A stretch of 64,000 nucleotides of DNA from Candidatus Jorgensenbacteria bacterium. GTDB lineage: Bacteria; Patescibacteriota; Minisyncoccia; UBA6257; GWB1-50-10. How positions within the stretch are numbered: the stretch's first letter is position 1; every line of letters starts with the position of its first letter. The position numbers and the translations under genes were made by a program. The stretch is from contig DRGK01000017.1 of assembly GCA_011050075.1 (NCBI GenBank), forward strand, positions 39,838-103,837, written 5' to 3'. Of this stretch, positions 19,364 to 28,368 are shown piece by piece. The notes under the pieces are model-generated. The model did not search any database. It worked only from the letters and a program-made list of their open reading frames with translations, and was not told where the DNA came from.

Positions 19364-19813
19364 TTATATTTCTTCAAATTTAAAAGGGATACTGATCCCT
19401 TTTTTATCTTTGATCTTGAAAACATTGAAGTGTAAATGTGGTAAATCCATCACACCAGAATACCCTGTATAACCCAGTAAATCACCTGTTTCTACTTTAT
19501 CACCTTTCTGTACCTCCACCTTACCTTTTCCAAGATGCAAATACTCAGCGTATGTTCCATCTTTATGATTAATGACAACAAAATTGGTATTATCCACAAG
19601 ATTTTTATCCAGTCCCCATTCATCCGAATCCGATTTAATTCCAACGACCACCCCCATTTTTGCTGCTATAACCTTGGTACCAATTTCAACCAAAAAATCT
19701 ACAGCATACTTTGATTCAGGAAAATTCTCGTGCGCATACTCTCCAGTGGGATAAGCTATATTTATTTTTATATTCTTTGGAAATGGAAACCTGTATTTCA
19801 TATCACGATACAT
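19364..19813 (-). CDS. M23-family peptidase
   Basis: AH..AVDF, YLHL, GYTGYSG, PHLHF. Confidence 0.85.
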   Translation of the reverse strand: MYRDMKYRFPFPKNIKINIAYPTGEYAHENFPESKYAVDFLVEIGTKVIAAKMGVVVGIKSDSDEWGLDKNLVDNTNFVVINHKDGTYAEYLHLGKGKVEVQKGDKVETGDLLGYTGYSGVMDLPHLHFNVFKIKDKKGISIPFKFEEI

Positions 19814-19826
19814 CTATCTAATTGAC

Positions 19827-19964
19827 TTATATCCTCCTTTTACCTCGACTCAGAACACAGCTGTAGAGTTTTTCATTGTGTACCTGAATATCCCACGGGC
19901 GCCCGCCATTTATCTCAATACCGGCTTGAGATAAGATTTTTTCCACTATGTGTTTAGATGACAT
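19827..19964 (-). pseudogene. cfa: 5' remnant of cyclopropane fatty-acyl-phospholipid synthase
   Basis: Hand translation MSSKHIVEKILSQAGIEINGGRPWDIQVHNEKLYSCVLSRGKRRI* matches the Cfa N-terminus and stops before the GSLGLGESY motif. Confidence 0.7.
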
Positions 19965-19990
19965 GTTTCTATAAATACTGACCTCTCAGT

Positions 19991-20467
19991 TTATTTATGA
20001 TAACGTTTGGTGATTTTAGAAATGAGACGGCTGGTAGAATTGATATTACCTCGCGGAATAATCTTCAATTTAACATTAAGAGATTCAACATTTTTACGAA
20101 AAGGCACCCACTTTTTATCAATCGTAATAAAGATATCAGGCTTAAGAATCGCAAGGATCCTCATGGTAGGAACAGGCTTATTCTTTGCAGGGTTCGGGGC
20201 TAGTAGAGCATAGTCAACATATTTAATTGAATCTACTATAACAAGTCTATCTTTCTCTGATAGAATTGGCCGATTCAACCCCTTTCTTTCCTGAACTCTT
20301 TTGTCAGAAGAGACACCAATAACAACTACGTCTCCAAATCTTCTAAGATTTTTGAAAGACTCAATGTGACCCCTGTGGAACAAATCAAACGTGCCGCCTG
20401 CAAATACAACTTTTTTATTACGTAGGGATTTACGAAGTTGAGGTAATTGTGAAAATTTTATTATCAT
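19991..20467 (-). CDS. Cytidylyltransferase-family protein (TagD/RibL/HldE-C like)
   Basis: GGTFDLFHRGH (HIGH-type), RPILSEKDR, NSTSRLI. Confidence 0.85.
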   Translation of the reverse strand: MIIKFSQLPQLRKSLRNKKVVFAGGTFDLFHRGHIESFKNLRRFGDVVVIGVSSDKRVQERKGLNRPILSEKDRLVIVDSIKYVDYALLAPNPAKNKPVPTMRILAILKPDIFITIDKKWVPFRKNVESLNVKLKIIPRGNINSTSRLISKITKRYHK

Positions 20468-20476
20468 ACTATTTTG

Positions 20477-21694
20477 TTAGCGCTCAACTTTTATACGATT
20501 CAATGCAAATAAACTTAAGATAAGTATACCTGTCATTGCAAGGAATGCGGTTTGGTATCCTCGTGCTCCTTCACCCATTACAATGAGAGCGATACTCCAA
20601 ATTGCGGGGCCAATAAATGTTGCAAATCGTTCCGCGACAACATAATAACTATATGATGATGCAACAGACCCTTTTGGAGCAAGCTGTCCAACCAGTGATC
20701 GGCTTATTGCCCAAATGGGGCCAAATAGAATACCGGCAAGAAGAAACACGGGAACAAGCAAATTAAAGCTCGGAATAAATGCCACGGTAGGGAAAATGAT
20801 GCAGCAACCAATAAGGATACCTTTGAGTGTCTTAAGTTCTCCTTTTTTGCTTGCGATTTTTCCAAATATGACTGCCCCTATTGCAGCAAGACCAAGAATG
20901 CTCATGGTGAGTACTGACTTCACGGTATCAGACACTCCATGTATCGTTTCTAAATATAATGGGAAGTTGTTTGCGAATGTAAGCATTGCGTCACTGAATA
21001 AAAAGTATGCGAGCAAAAGAAAGGCCAATGGCTTGTATGAAAAGACTTTTTTAAACAAAGCAAAAAGGGAAGTAGAAGTGTTTTCTAACGAAGCAGTGTC
21101 CGTAGAAAGTTTTTCTTTGTAGAGAAAGAACATTGGCAAGGAGAAAAGCCCAAAAAGAAGTGTTGCGGGAAGCAATGCCTGCGCTCGTCCCGGGTCTCCA
21201 AAGAGAGTTATTACACCAATTGCAAATGGCAGGGTGACTATAAGGCCTATTACTTGCCCAAATGAATTAGCACCTTGTCCTATCCCAGATATATAAGAAC
21301 GATTTTCTCTAGTGGAAAGATCATTCAGCATAGGCGTAAAGTAGAGAAAGCATACAAGATACGCATACATTGCAAGTGTATAGAGTATTGTTGCAAACAT
21401 ATCCAAACTGTCTGAGAGTGTTGCAATGAGCGATACCAGAATAAATGCAATAAAAGAAAGGACAGTCCACATACGAAGTCCTGCAATTTTTCTTCCGGTC
21501 ATATCAATTCTCTTGCTTAGTATCGGAGCGGTAAGGATGAATAGGGCTGAAGATACAATCAACGCGCTGTTGTACCACCATACCGGATGTCCCTGATCAA
21601 TGACCAACCATTGAGAAAAATAAAAAAGAAAGGCCATTAAGACCAGAGAGTTTGCGAAGTCGTATAATGCCCAATAGGTTATGTTCTTTTTCAT
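20477..21694 (-). CDS. MFS transporter, UMF1/Atg22-like
   Basis: WALYDFANS start motif; about 12 TMs. Confidence 0.82.
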   Translation of the reverse strand: MKKNITYWALYDFANSLVLMAFLFYFSQWLVIDQGHPVWWYNSALIVSSALFILTAPILSKRIDMTGRKIAGLRMWTVLSFIAFILVSLIATLSDSLDMFATILYTLAMYAYLVCFLYFTPMLNDLSTRENRSYISGIGQGANSFGQVIGLIVTLPFAIGVITLFGDPGRAQALLPATLLFGLFSLPMFFLYKEKLSTDTASLENTSTSLFALFKKVFSYKPLAFLLLAYFLFSDAMLTFANNFPLYLETIHGVSDTVKSVLTMSILGLAAIGAVIFGKIASKKGELKTLKGILIGCCIIFPTVAFIPSFNLLVPVFLLAGILFGPIWAISRSLVGQLAPKGSVASSYSYYVVAERFATFIGPAIWSIALIVMGEGARGYQTAFLAMTGILILSLFALNRIKVER

Positions 21695-21697
21695 ACC

Positions 21698-22285
21698 TTA
21701 GAGTTTATTGTACTTGAAACATCCCTCTCTATGATCGTTTACTATTCCTATCGTTTGCATGATTGCATAGATGATTGTAGAGCCCACAAAGTTCATGCCA
21801 CGGCGCTTGAGGTCTTTACTGATAGTGTCTGATAATTCTGTGTGTGCGGGAAGATCGGACATGCGTTTCCATTTATTTTGTATGGGCTTGCCGCTAACGA
21901 ACTTCCATATATATACGTCAAATGATCCAAATTCTTTTTGTATGTCCATAAACACCTTTGCGTTTCTCACGGCCGAAGCAATCTTCAGTTTATTCCGCAC
22001 AATGCCCTTGTCGTGCAGCAAGGCTTGTGTTTTCTTTACACCATACGCGGCGACTTTTTTCACGTCAAAATCATCAAACGCCTTGCGATAATTCTCGCGT
22101 TTGTTCAGGATAGTCCTCCATGAAAGCCCCGCTTGTGCGCCATCTAATATAAGCACCTCAAATAAACGACGGTCATCGTGTAGGGGAATACCCCATTCAT
22201 TGTCATGATACTCAGTCATGAGCGTATCACTTTCTTCCAACCACCAGCATCGCTTCAATCGGTCTAAAGATTTTTCTGGCTGCAT
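21698..22285 (-). CDS. tag: DNA-3-methyladenine glycosylase I
   Basis: RCWW, YHDNEWG, QAGLSW, GIVRNKLK, VNDHREGC. Confidence 0.93.
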   Translation of the reverse strand: MQPEKSLDRLKRCWWLEESDTLMTEYHDNEWGIPLHDDRRLFEVLILDGAQAGLSWRTILNKRENYRKAFDDFDVKKVAAYGVKKTQALLHDKGIVRNKLKIASAVRNAKVFMDIQKEFGSFDVYIWKFVSGKPIQNKWKRMSDLPAHTELSDTISKDLKRRGMNFVGSTIIYAIMQTIGIVNDHREGCFKYNKL

Positions 22286-22287
22286 AA

Positions 22288-23277
22288 TTAAGTTTTAACC
22301 TTCTTTTTTAATGAATTAAGGATTTTTCCTACCTTTTTTAGATCCTTATCATCATAAATGGTAAGTGGCATGATGGATGTTATTGTTGAGTTTTTTTGAC
22401 TTGCAATTTTTTCCAGACTTGCAATTTTTTCCTTTATTTCTGCTTTTGTAATCATATCGCTCTTACTTAAGAACACATACTCTGGCTTTTTCAGTATTTC
22501 TTTATTATGTGCACCAAGCTCCTTACGAATAGCTCTATAATCCTTTACAGGGTCTTGAGACTCGGCACTCACAAGATGAAAAAGCACTTTTGTACGTTCA
22601 ATGTGCCGAAGAAATTTAATTCCCAGTCCTTTTCCTTGAGAAGCACCTTCGATAAGTCCGGGAATATCCGTAAGAATGAGTTCGTAGTAAACGCCAAGGT
22701 GGGGTTCAAGAGTCGTAAAAGGGTAGTTTGCCACCTTGCTGTCTGCGTTCGTAAGCTCATTGAGCAGGCTTGATTTTCCAACATTCGGATATCCAATGAG
22801 CCCAACATCAGCAATAAATTTCAACTCAAGCCGTAGATGCGCTGTTTTTCCCGGAAGACCTGGCTGGAACCGTTTTGGTGTTGTATTGCGAGATGAACGG
22901 AACAGGAAATTTCCCTTACCTCCATTTCCTCCTTGCGCCACAACAACGCGCTCATCCACATTGATGATTTCTTGTGTTTCACCGGTATCCAAATTATGAA
23001 TGACTGTGCCAAGAGGTACATTGAGAACTAAGTCATTGCCGATGCGCCCGTCACGAAACTGTGATCGTCCATCTCTGCCATTTTCGGCAAGCAGTTCTTT
23101 TCTGTTCCGAAACTGATTTAACGCGGTTAAATCAGAAATACCATTTACGATAATGTTGCCACCATTGCCTCCGCTGCCTCCGGTAGGCCCGAGTGACTGC
23201 TTTATTCTCTGGAATGCTACTGTTCCCTTGCCCCCATGACCTGCGACAACGGTTATGTTGATATCATCAATAATCAT
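22288..23277 (-). CDS. obgE: GTPase Obg/CgtA
   Basis: Gly-rich Obg fold, GYPNVGKS, YPFTT, DIPGLIEGA, FLRHIERT. Confidence 0.9.
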   Translation of the reverse strand: MIIDDINITVVAGHGGKGTVAFQRIKQSLGPTGGSGGNGGNIIVNGISDLTALNQFRNRKELLAENGRDGRSQFRDGRIGNDLVLNVPLGTVIHNLDTGETQEIINVDERVVVAQGGNGGKGNFLFRSSRNTTPKRFQPGLPGKTAHLRLELKFIADVGLIGYPNVGKSSLLNELTNADSKVANYPFTTLEPHLGVYYELILTDIPGLIEGASQGKGLGIKFLRHIERTKVLFHLVSAESQDPVKDYRAIRKELGAHNKEILKKPEYVFLSKSDMITKAEIKEKIASLEKIASQKNSTITSIMPLTIYDDKDLKKVGKILNSLKKKVKT

Positions 23278-23320
23278 TATTGCTACTATACCGTTTTACC
23301 GGTCACAATAATATCTGTAA

Positions 23321-23467
23321 CTACTCCTTCACAGCGTGTTCAATAATCTCAAGATTACAACTATGAGTTCTCTCGCACCATTCCTGACATTTATCACGCC
23401 ATTCACGCTCTTCGTATTTTAGGCCACACGCTTCGCATGTGTAATATGTTTTTTCTTCGTTTTGCAT
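23321..23467 (-). CDS. 48-aa Cys/His zinc-finger-like protein (absent from ORF track)
   Basis: MQNEEKTYYTCEACGLKYEEREWRDKCQEWCERTHSCNLEIIEHAVKE*; CxxC...CxxWC...HSC..H pattern. Confidence 0.7.
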   Translation of the reverse strand: MQNEEKTYYTCEACGLKYEEREWRDKCQEWCERTHSCNLEIIEHAVKE

Positions 23468-23482
23468 ACTATCCCTTAGCTT

Positions 23483-23620
23483 TTATTTCCGCCCTCCTTT
23501 TTGGCCGTGCTTTTGCTGCTGAGAACTAAGACGGGCAGGCCTTCGCAGATGAGTTAACTGTTTAGCCAATCGTTTGGCATTTATCTTTTTATTGGATGAT
23601 TTTTTCCTTTGGCGAAGCAT
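23483..23620 (-). CDS. 45-aa highly basic protein (absent from ORF track)
   Basis: MLRQRKKSSNKKINAKRLAKQLTHLRRPARLSSQQQKHGQKGGRK*; TTGAAA and TG-G-TCTAAT promoter-like boxes just upstream. Confidence 0.5.
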   Translation of the reverse strand: MLRQRKKSSNKKINAKRLAKQLTHLRRPARLSSQQQKHGQKGGRK

Positions 23621-23709
23621 ATTAAAATTAGACCACGATTGACGTTACCTTTTCAAGATGGGAGTGGGGGAGCGACTGACCGGTTTTGGTTGTGGGCTCA
23701 ATATACACT

Positions 23710-24036
23710 TCAGAACGTGTCAATTAATTGGTACTGCCAGTTCGTAAACGCCTTCGTAACCCATATCATAAGTGCTATTGCAAGGATTGTTAATATGATA
23801 ACGGTAATACCTATCCTCCGCGCCTTAGGGTTCGATTGTTTGAGATATTTGAACGCGTAGATAAGACCGAGTGGTGCAAAGATGAAACTGATAAGGTAAA
23901 TAAATATTTGCCTTGCCGTAGAGGTCGAGAGTGGCGGTTCTTTGAGTTTTGTTCCGCACTGCGAGCAAAAGTTCTCTGTTACGGATGTGGATGCATGGCA
24001 TGTCGGGCATGCCGTTTCAGATGAAATATTTTCCAT
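23710..24036 (-). CDS. Zinc-ribbon membrane protein
   Basis: CPTC-x10-CSQCG followed by two TMs. Confidence 0.75.
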   Translation of the reverse strand: MENISSETACPTCHASTSVTENFCSQCGTKLKEPPLSTSTARQIFIYLISFIFAPLGLIYAFKYLKQSNPKARRIGITVIILTILAIALMIWVTKAFTNWQYQLIDTF

Positions 24037-24093
24037 ACTTTTATAATATCACGATAATATGAAAATAAACGGCTCAGGGGAGTTGAGCCGTTA
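24034..24093 (-). repeat. 60-bp terminator+promoter repeat, copy 1
   Basis: 53/60 identical, ungapped, to 24806-24865; ends exactly at the start codon. Confidence 0.85.
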
Positions 24094-24125
24094 AAGAGAG
24101 CGCACTGAAAGGTTTTTTAACACTT

Positions 24126-24524
24126 CTAAAAACCTGCGAGCACATAGAAACCAGGACCGGTTATGAACAACATAAGTGCAATTGCAAGCAAGAGCAGATC
24201 ATATGACCAATCGGTAAATGGTTTTTCTGTTTTTGTTATCTTCCAGATGGTTCCCATTATCATTTCAAAACCAAATAGTGCCACCGCAAGCCACATATAC
24301 ATGCCGATGATTACGGCGATACCGCCAAAGAACTCGACAAACGCAACGATTGTGCCCCAGAATATACCCGGTTTAAAACCCATCTTCACAAAATCTTCAG
24401 CGTTTGACTTGAGGTTTATAATCTTGGGATACCCATAATAAATCATGATAACACCCATGATTATTCTTACGATGAGAATTACTATGTCACTAAAAGGAGC
24501 TAATGGAGTAAGTATGCTTAACAT
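24126..24524 (-). CDS. DoxX-family membrane protein
   Basis: RIIMG..MIYYGYPK, EFFGG, GPG; four TMs. Confidence 0.85.
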   Translation of the reverse strand: MLSILTPLAPFSDIVILIVRIIMGVIMIYYGYPKIINLKSNAEDFVKMGFKPGIFWGTIVAFVEFFGGIAVIIGMYMWLAVALFGFEMIMGTIWKITKTEKPFTDWSYDLLLLAIALMLFITGPGFYVLAGF

Positions 24525-24526
24525 AA

Positions 24527-24808
24527 TTATTTGATTACTTGTACATTTTTCCAGAAAGCAAAGTAACCTTTGATTTGTTTCGCTGCGTCAGAAGGTTCTG
24601 GATAAACCCAAGCAGCATCTTCTGATACTTCGCCATCAACCGTGACATTGTAATAGTGAGCAAGACCTTTCCATGCACACGTGTAGTCATTGCCGCTTTT
24701 TTGTAGATATTCCATCTTGACCGAATCGGCAGGAAAATAATGATTGTTTTCAACCACTACGGTTTTATCACTTTCGGCAATAATTTTATCTTTGTATATA
24801 GCTTTCAT
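24527..24808 (-). CDS. DUF427-family protein
   Basis: IAES, ENNHYFP, CAWKG.A.YY, AAWVYP.P, YFAFW. Confidence 0.88.
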   Translation of the reverse strand: MKAIYKDKIIAESDKTVVVENNHYFPADSVKMEYLQKSGNDYTCAWKGLAHYYNVTVDGEVSEDAAWVYPEPSDAAKQIKGYFAFWKNVQVIK

Positions 24809-24865
24809 ATTCTTATGATACCACAATAATATAAAAACAAACGGCTCAGGGGAGTTGAGCCGTTA
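24806..24865 (-). repeat. 60-bp terminator+promoter repeat, copy 2
   Basis: See 24034-24093. Confidence 0.85.
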
Positions 24866-24887
24866 CGTTTATGGTGGTTTTCTTGCT

Positions 24888-25418
24888 TTATATCTCTTTA
24901 TTTTGAGACATATTGGTTACGTCTTTGATTAATCCATTGGATATATAGTACGTTTTCCCTTCGTCATTCTTTAATACGGTTGAGCGCATGGTAATTCTTA
25001 CGACTCGTCCTTCAAAACTACCTATCTTTACTTTGTCGCCAATTCCATATTGATTCTCAACTAAAATAAAAAGGCCTGAAACAAAATCTTTTACCAGCGA
25101 CTGAGCTCCAAAGCCAATTGCCAAACCTATCACACCTGCACCCGCCAAAATTGGTCTTATATCGATACCGAATAAACTCAGAATCATAAGTAATATTACG
25201 ACATAAATAACAATATTTCCTGTTGTTACAATTATGTGTCCTAGAGTCTCCGCTCGTTTTTCTTTTTGAGAAACGTGTGTATCGTCCCCGTCATCCACTA
25301 TCCGAGCAAGGCGTCTAACCACTGCTTTCAATAGCATTCTGCCCAAAAAGAATAGAGCAAGAATCCCAACAACATCTACTGCGTTTTGCTTAATAATATT
25401 AATTATAAATTCCTGCAT
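24888..25418 (-). CDS. Short MscS-family mechanosensitive channel
   Basis: GAGVIGLAIGFGAQSLVKDFVSG, GDKV, ISNG; lacks the C-terminal cage domain. Confidence 0.85.
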   Translation of the reverse strand: MQEFIINIIKQNAVDVVGILALFFLGRMLLKAVVRRLARIVDDGDDTHVSQKEKRAETLGHIIVTTGNIVIYVVILLMILSLFGIDIRPILAGAGVIGLAIGFGAQSLVKDFVSGLFILVENQYGIGDKVKIGSFEGRVVRITMRSTVLKNDEGKTYYISNGLIKDVTNMSQNKEI

Positions 25419-25431
25419 AGTGTTTAACGTA

Positions 25432-25695
25432 TTACTGATTGATCAATTTTAATTTTTCCTCTCGATTCCAACTTTTTATCTCTGCCTCCCGCTTCCTTGC
25501 ATCTTTTAATGTATCAAAGGTTTCTGAATGTACCAGTATAACCGGTCTGCGAATCTTCGTATAGTGCGCGCCCCACTTTGAATCGTTATGCTGTTTTAGT
25601 CGTTTATCAAGATTGTTTGTACATCCGATATACAGAGATGTGTCTGCGCATTCCAGAATATAAACTTTATGTTTCACAGATTGATAATTAGGCAA
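25432..25695 (-). CDS. Stand-alone GIY-YIG nuclease (UPF0213/YazA-like)
   Basis: VYILEC...LYIGCT..L.KRL.QHN...A.YTK.RRP...ARKRE; start is TTG 25695 or GTG 25677. Confidence 0.85.
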   Translation of the reverse strand: MPNYQSVKHKVYILECADTSLYIGCTNNLDKRLKQHNDSKWGAHYTKIRRPVILVHSETFDTLKDARKREAEIKSWNREEKLKLINQ

Positions 25696-25839
25696 TGCGT
25701 TTTGTTCCCATAACGTACTCAGTAATCATAATTACTGAACGATGCGTTTGCAGCAAAATTGCACTGTAGCCCCTCGCTTTGCTCGGGATGATTGAAATTC
25801 TATGCTTTGCCCTTGGGCTCAGCATGAATTTCTAATCAG

Positions 25840-25910
25840 CTGCCGGGGAAGGAATCGAACCCTCATTACCGCCTCCAAAGGGCGATGTCCTACCATTAGA
25901 CGACCCGGCA
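25840..25910 (-). tRNA. tRNA-Gln(TTG)
   Basis: Acceptor TGCCGGG/CCCGGCA, anticodon loop CTTTGGA, T-loop TTCGATT. Confidence 0.93.
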
Positions 25911-25925
25911 ATACAATTTAATCGA

Positions 25926-25987
25926 TACCATTAGACCCGTCTCGACTCATTCAAGACAGAGTCGAGGACGAGGCGGGCGACCCGGCA
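25926..25987 (-). repeat. Duplicated 5' 20 nt of tRNA-Gln split by a 42-nt palindromic insert
   Basis: TACCATTAGA[25936-25977]CGACCCGGCA versus the contiguous copy at 25891-25910. Confidence 0.8.
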
Positions 25988-26045
25988 TTTTATGCGGGCG
26001 TACAACCCGACATTTGGTGTTCGTTCCTATGTTATAATACACTCA

Positions 26046-27272
26046 ATGCGAAACATCAAATCGCTGAAACTGGCTGTTGAACGACAAATCGCCAACCCGC
26101 CCGGTGAAGTTTCTATTATTGAACTCGTTGATTTATTTGTGGAGTACGCATACAGCTCGCGTGCATCGGATATTCATATTGAACCGGGTGACGATAACGT
26201 AATAGTACGCCTGCGTATTGACGGTATCCTGCAGGATATTTTCACTTTACCCAAGGAACTGCAGTCAGAAGTGATCAGCCGCATCAAAGTACTTTCGGGA
26301 CTAAAAACGGATATTCATCACGTACCGCAGGATGGTAGGTTCAAAGCGAAGATAGGGGATGTGGAGGAGATTGATGTTCGTGTTTCCATTGCACCTACAT
26401 ACTCCGGTGAAAATGCAGTGATGCGTATCTTGGCGGAGACATCGCAGAAGTTCAAATTGGAAGACATTGGGTTTGATAAAAAGCAGTATCGTATGATAAT
26501 ACGCGCGATACACAAGCCGTATGGTATGATCCTCGCGAATGGTCCGACCGGCTCTGGAAAAACCACAACGCTTTACACGATTATCAAGGAGCTCAGTACC
26601 CGTGCGGTATCAATTATCACCATTGAGGACCCTATTGAATATTCTATTGAAGGCATTACTCAGATTCCCGTCAATGTACAGGCGGGGTTGAATTTTGCGA
26701 ACGGACTGCGTTCTATCTTACGGCAGGACCCGAACATTATCATGGTAGGGGAGATTCGCGACACCGAGACGGCGAGTATCGCGGTTAATGCGGCACTGAC
26801 CGGCCATCTCATGCTCTCAACGCTGCACACCAATGATGCGGCAACCACATTTCCGCGTCTTCTGGATATGGGTGTTCCTCCGTTTCTCGTCGCCTCAACA
26901 GTTAATATTGTTATTGCACAGCGTCTGATGCGAAAGGTATGCCAGAGTTGCCGGCAGCAGAAGTTCCTTTCTATTGCTGATATTGAACATCTTGGTCCGC
27001 TCGCCGAGGTATATATAGAAAAGAAAGTGTATACCGTAGGTGCCGGATGTGATGATTGTGACGGACTGGGTTATCGGGGCAGAGTTGGCATCTTTGAAGT
27101 ACTGTCGGTTAATGAGGAAATTCGTTCACTGATTGCTAACCGCTCAAGCGCTTCACAGATCAAGCAGGCGGCCGTAAAAAATGGTATGCATACCATGACT
27201 CAGGGAGCATTTGAAAAAGCAATACAGGGTGAAACGACCATTGAAGAAGTACTCCGTATGATATATGAGTAA
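26046..27272 (+). CDS. Type IV pilus/T2SS assembly ATPase (PilB/GspE)
   Basis: ASDIHIEP, PQDGR, GPTGSGKTTT, IEDPIE, LRQDPN, TGHL.LSTLH, tetra-Cys; start set at ATG 26046. Confidence 0.92.
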   Translation: MRNIKSLKLAVERQIANPPGEVSIIELVDLFVEYAYSSRASDIHIEPGDDNVIVRLRIDGILQDIFTLPKELQSEVISRIKVLSGLKTDIHHVPQDGRFKAKIGDVEEIDVRVSIAPTYSGENAVMRILAETSQKFKLEDIGFDKKQYRMIIRAIHKPYGMILANGPTGSGKTTTLYTIIKELSTRAVSIITIEDPIEYSIEGITQIPVNVQAGLNFANGLRSILRQDPNIIMVGEIRDTETASIAVNAALTGHLMLSTLHTNDAATTFPRLLDMGVPPFLVASTVNIVIAQRLMRKVCQSCRQQKFLSIADIEHLGPLAEVYIEKKVYTVGAGCDDCDGLGYRGRVGIFEVLSVNEEIRSLIANRSSASQIKQAAVKNGMHTMTQGAFEKAIQGETTIEEVLRMIYE

Positions 27273-28368
27273 AAAACCGCGTAAGAATATACAAGTATCA
27301 CTCTTGCATTTTTTCAATGTTACGTTGATACCGTTACAGGAAAAGGTTAACTTTGCGCGCCATCTCTCAATAGGCATCAAAAGCGGCTTGTCTTTGCTCG
27401 ATACGTTGGATTTGATCAAACAGCAGACGTCGTCCAAGCGTTTTTCTGCGATGGTATCTCGTATCATGGAGGATATTAATAACGGCCAGTCATTAGCAGA
27501 TAGTCTGGAACGGTTTAATTATGTGTTCGGCCACCTGTTTATTAGCATGGTTCGCGTCGGAGAAGTTGGCGGGAACTTATCGGGAACGCTCGCGTATCTT
27601 TCTAACGAACTAAAAAAACAGAGAGAGCTTCATAATCGTGTGAAGTCGGCAATGATATACCCCGCGATTATTTTGATAGTGACGATAGGCATCACCGTGT
27701 TTCTCACTCTCTTTATTTTTCCTAAAATTCTCCCTATATTTCAAAGCTTGGGCGTACAGCTGCCGGCCAGCACACGGCTGATCATACAGACACTTTCATT
27801 TCTTGATAATTTTGGATTCTTGTTATTAGTCAGTATGGCGGTTTTTGCTATTGCGGTACGGGCGCTTCTATTTATACAGAAAGTTCGATACGGTATGCAC
27901 GCAGTGTCTTTGCGAATTCCATTTGTCTCGACGTTAATCATTAATGTAACCATTACGAGCTTTAGTCGTGTGCTCGCGGCGCTCCTCAAGAGTGGTATGA
28001 CACTACTGGACGCGCTCGTAGTTGTAAAAACAACTATCTCAAATTTGGTGTATCAGAAGCACGTCGAACAAATGATAGATGTTGTTCGACGTGGTGAAGA
28101 GATGACCAAGTACCTCAAGAAATATCCAAAACTATTCCCGCCGATGCTTGTCGGAATGATCAAGGTAGGTGAGGGAACCGGTAATTTAGAAGACAACCTG
28201 CTCTATCTTGCCGAGTACTACGAAAGCGAAGTTGATGAGACCGTCAATAACCTAACCACCATTCTTGAGCCGCTTCTCCTGCTCTTTATGGGTGTCATCG
28301 TTGGATTCATAGCGCTTTCCATTATCACACCGATTTATAAAGTAACGCAGGGACTAAACATTCGCTAA
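27265..28368 (+). CDS. Pilus platform protein (PilC/GspF)
   Basis: GEVGGNL, AMIYP, GEGTGNL, ILEP. Confidence 0.92.
   Translation: MSKKPRKNIQVSLLHFFNVTLIPLQEKVNFARHLSIGIKSGLSLLDTLDLIKQQTSSKRFSAMVSRIMEDINNGQSLADSLERFNYVFGHLFISMVRVGEVGGNLSGTLAYLSNELKKQRELHNRVKSAMIYPAIILIVTIGITVFLTLFIFPKILPIFQSLGVQLPASTRLIIQTLSFLDNFGFLLLVSMAVFAIAVRALLFIQKVRYGMHAVSLRIPFVSTLIINVTITSFSRVLAALLKSGMTLLDALVVVKTTISNLVYQKHVEQMIDVVRRGEEMTKYLKKYPKLFPPMLVGMIKVGEGTGNLEDNLLYLAEYYESEVDETVNNLTTILEPLLLLFMGVIVGFIALSIITPIYKVTQGLNIR

Noticed and set aside
24034-24865. Integron attC interpretation of the repeated hairpins
   Set aside because: The hairpins are about 25 nt, shorter than attC sites, lack L boxes, and no integrase is present.
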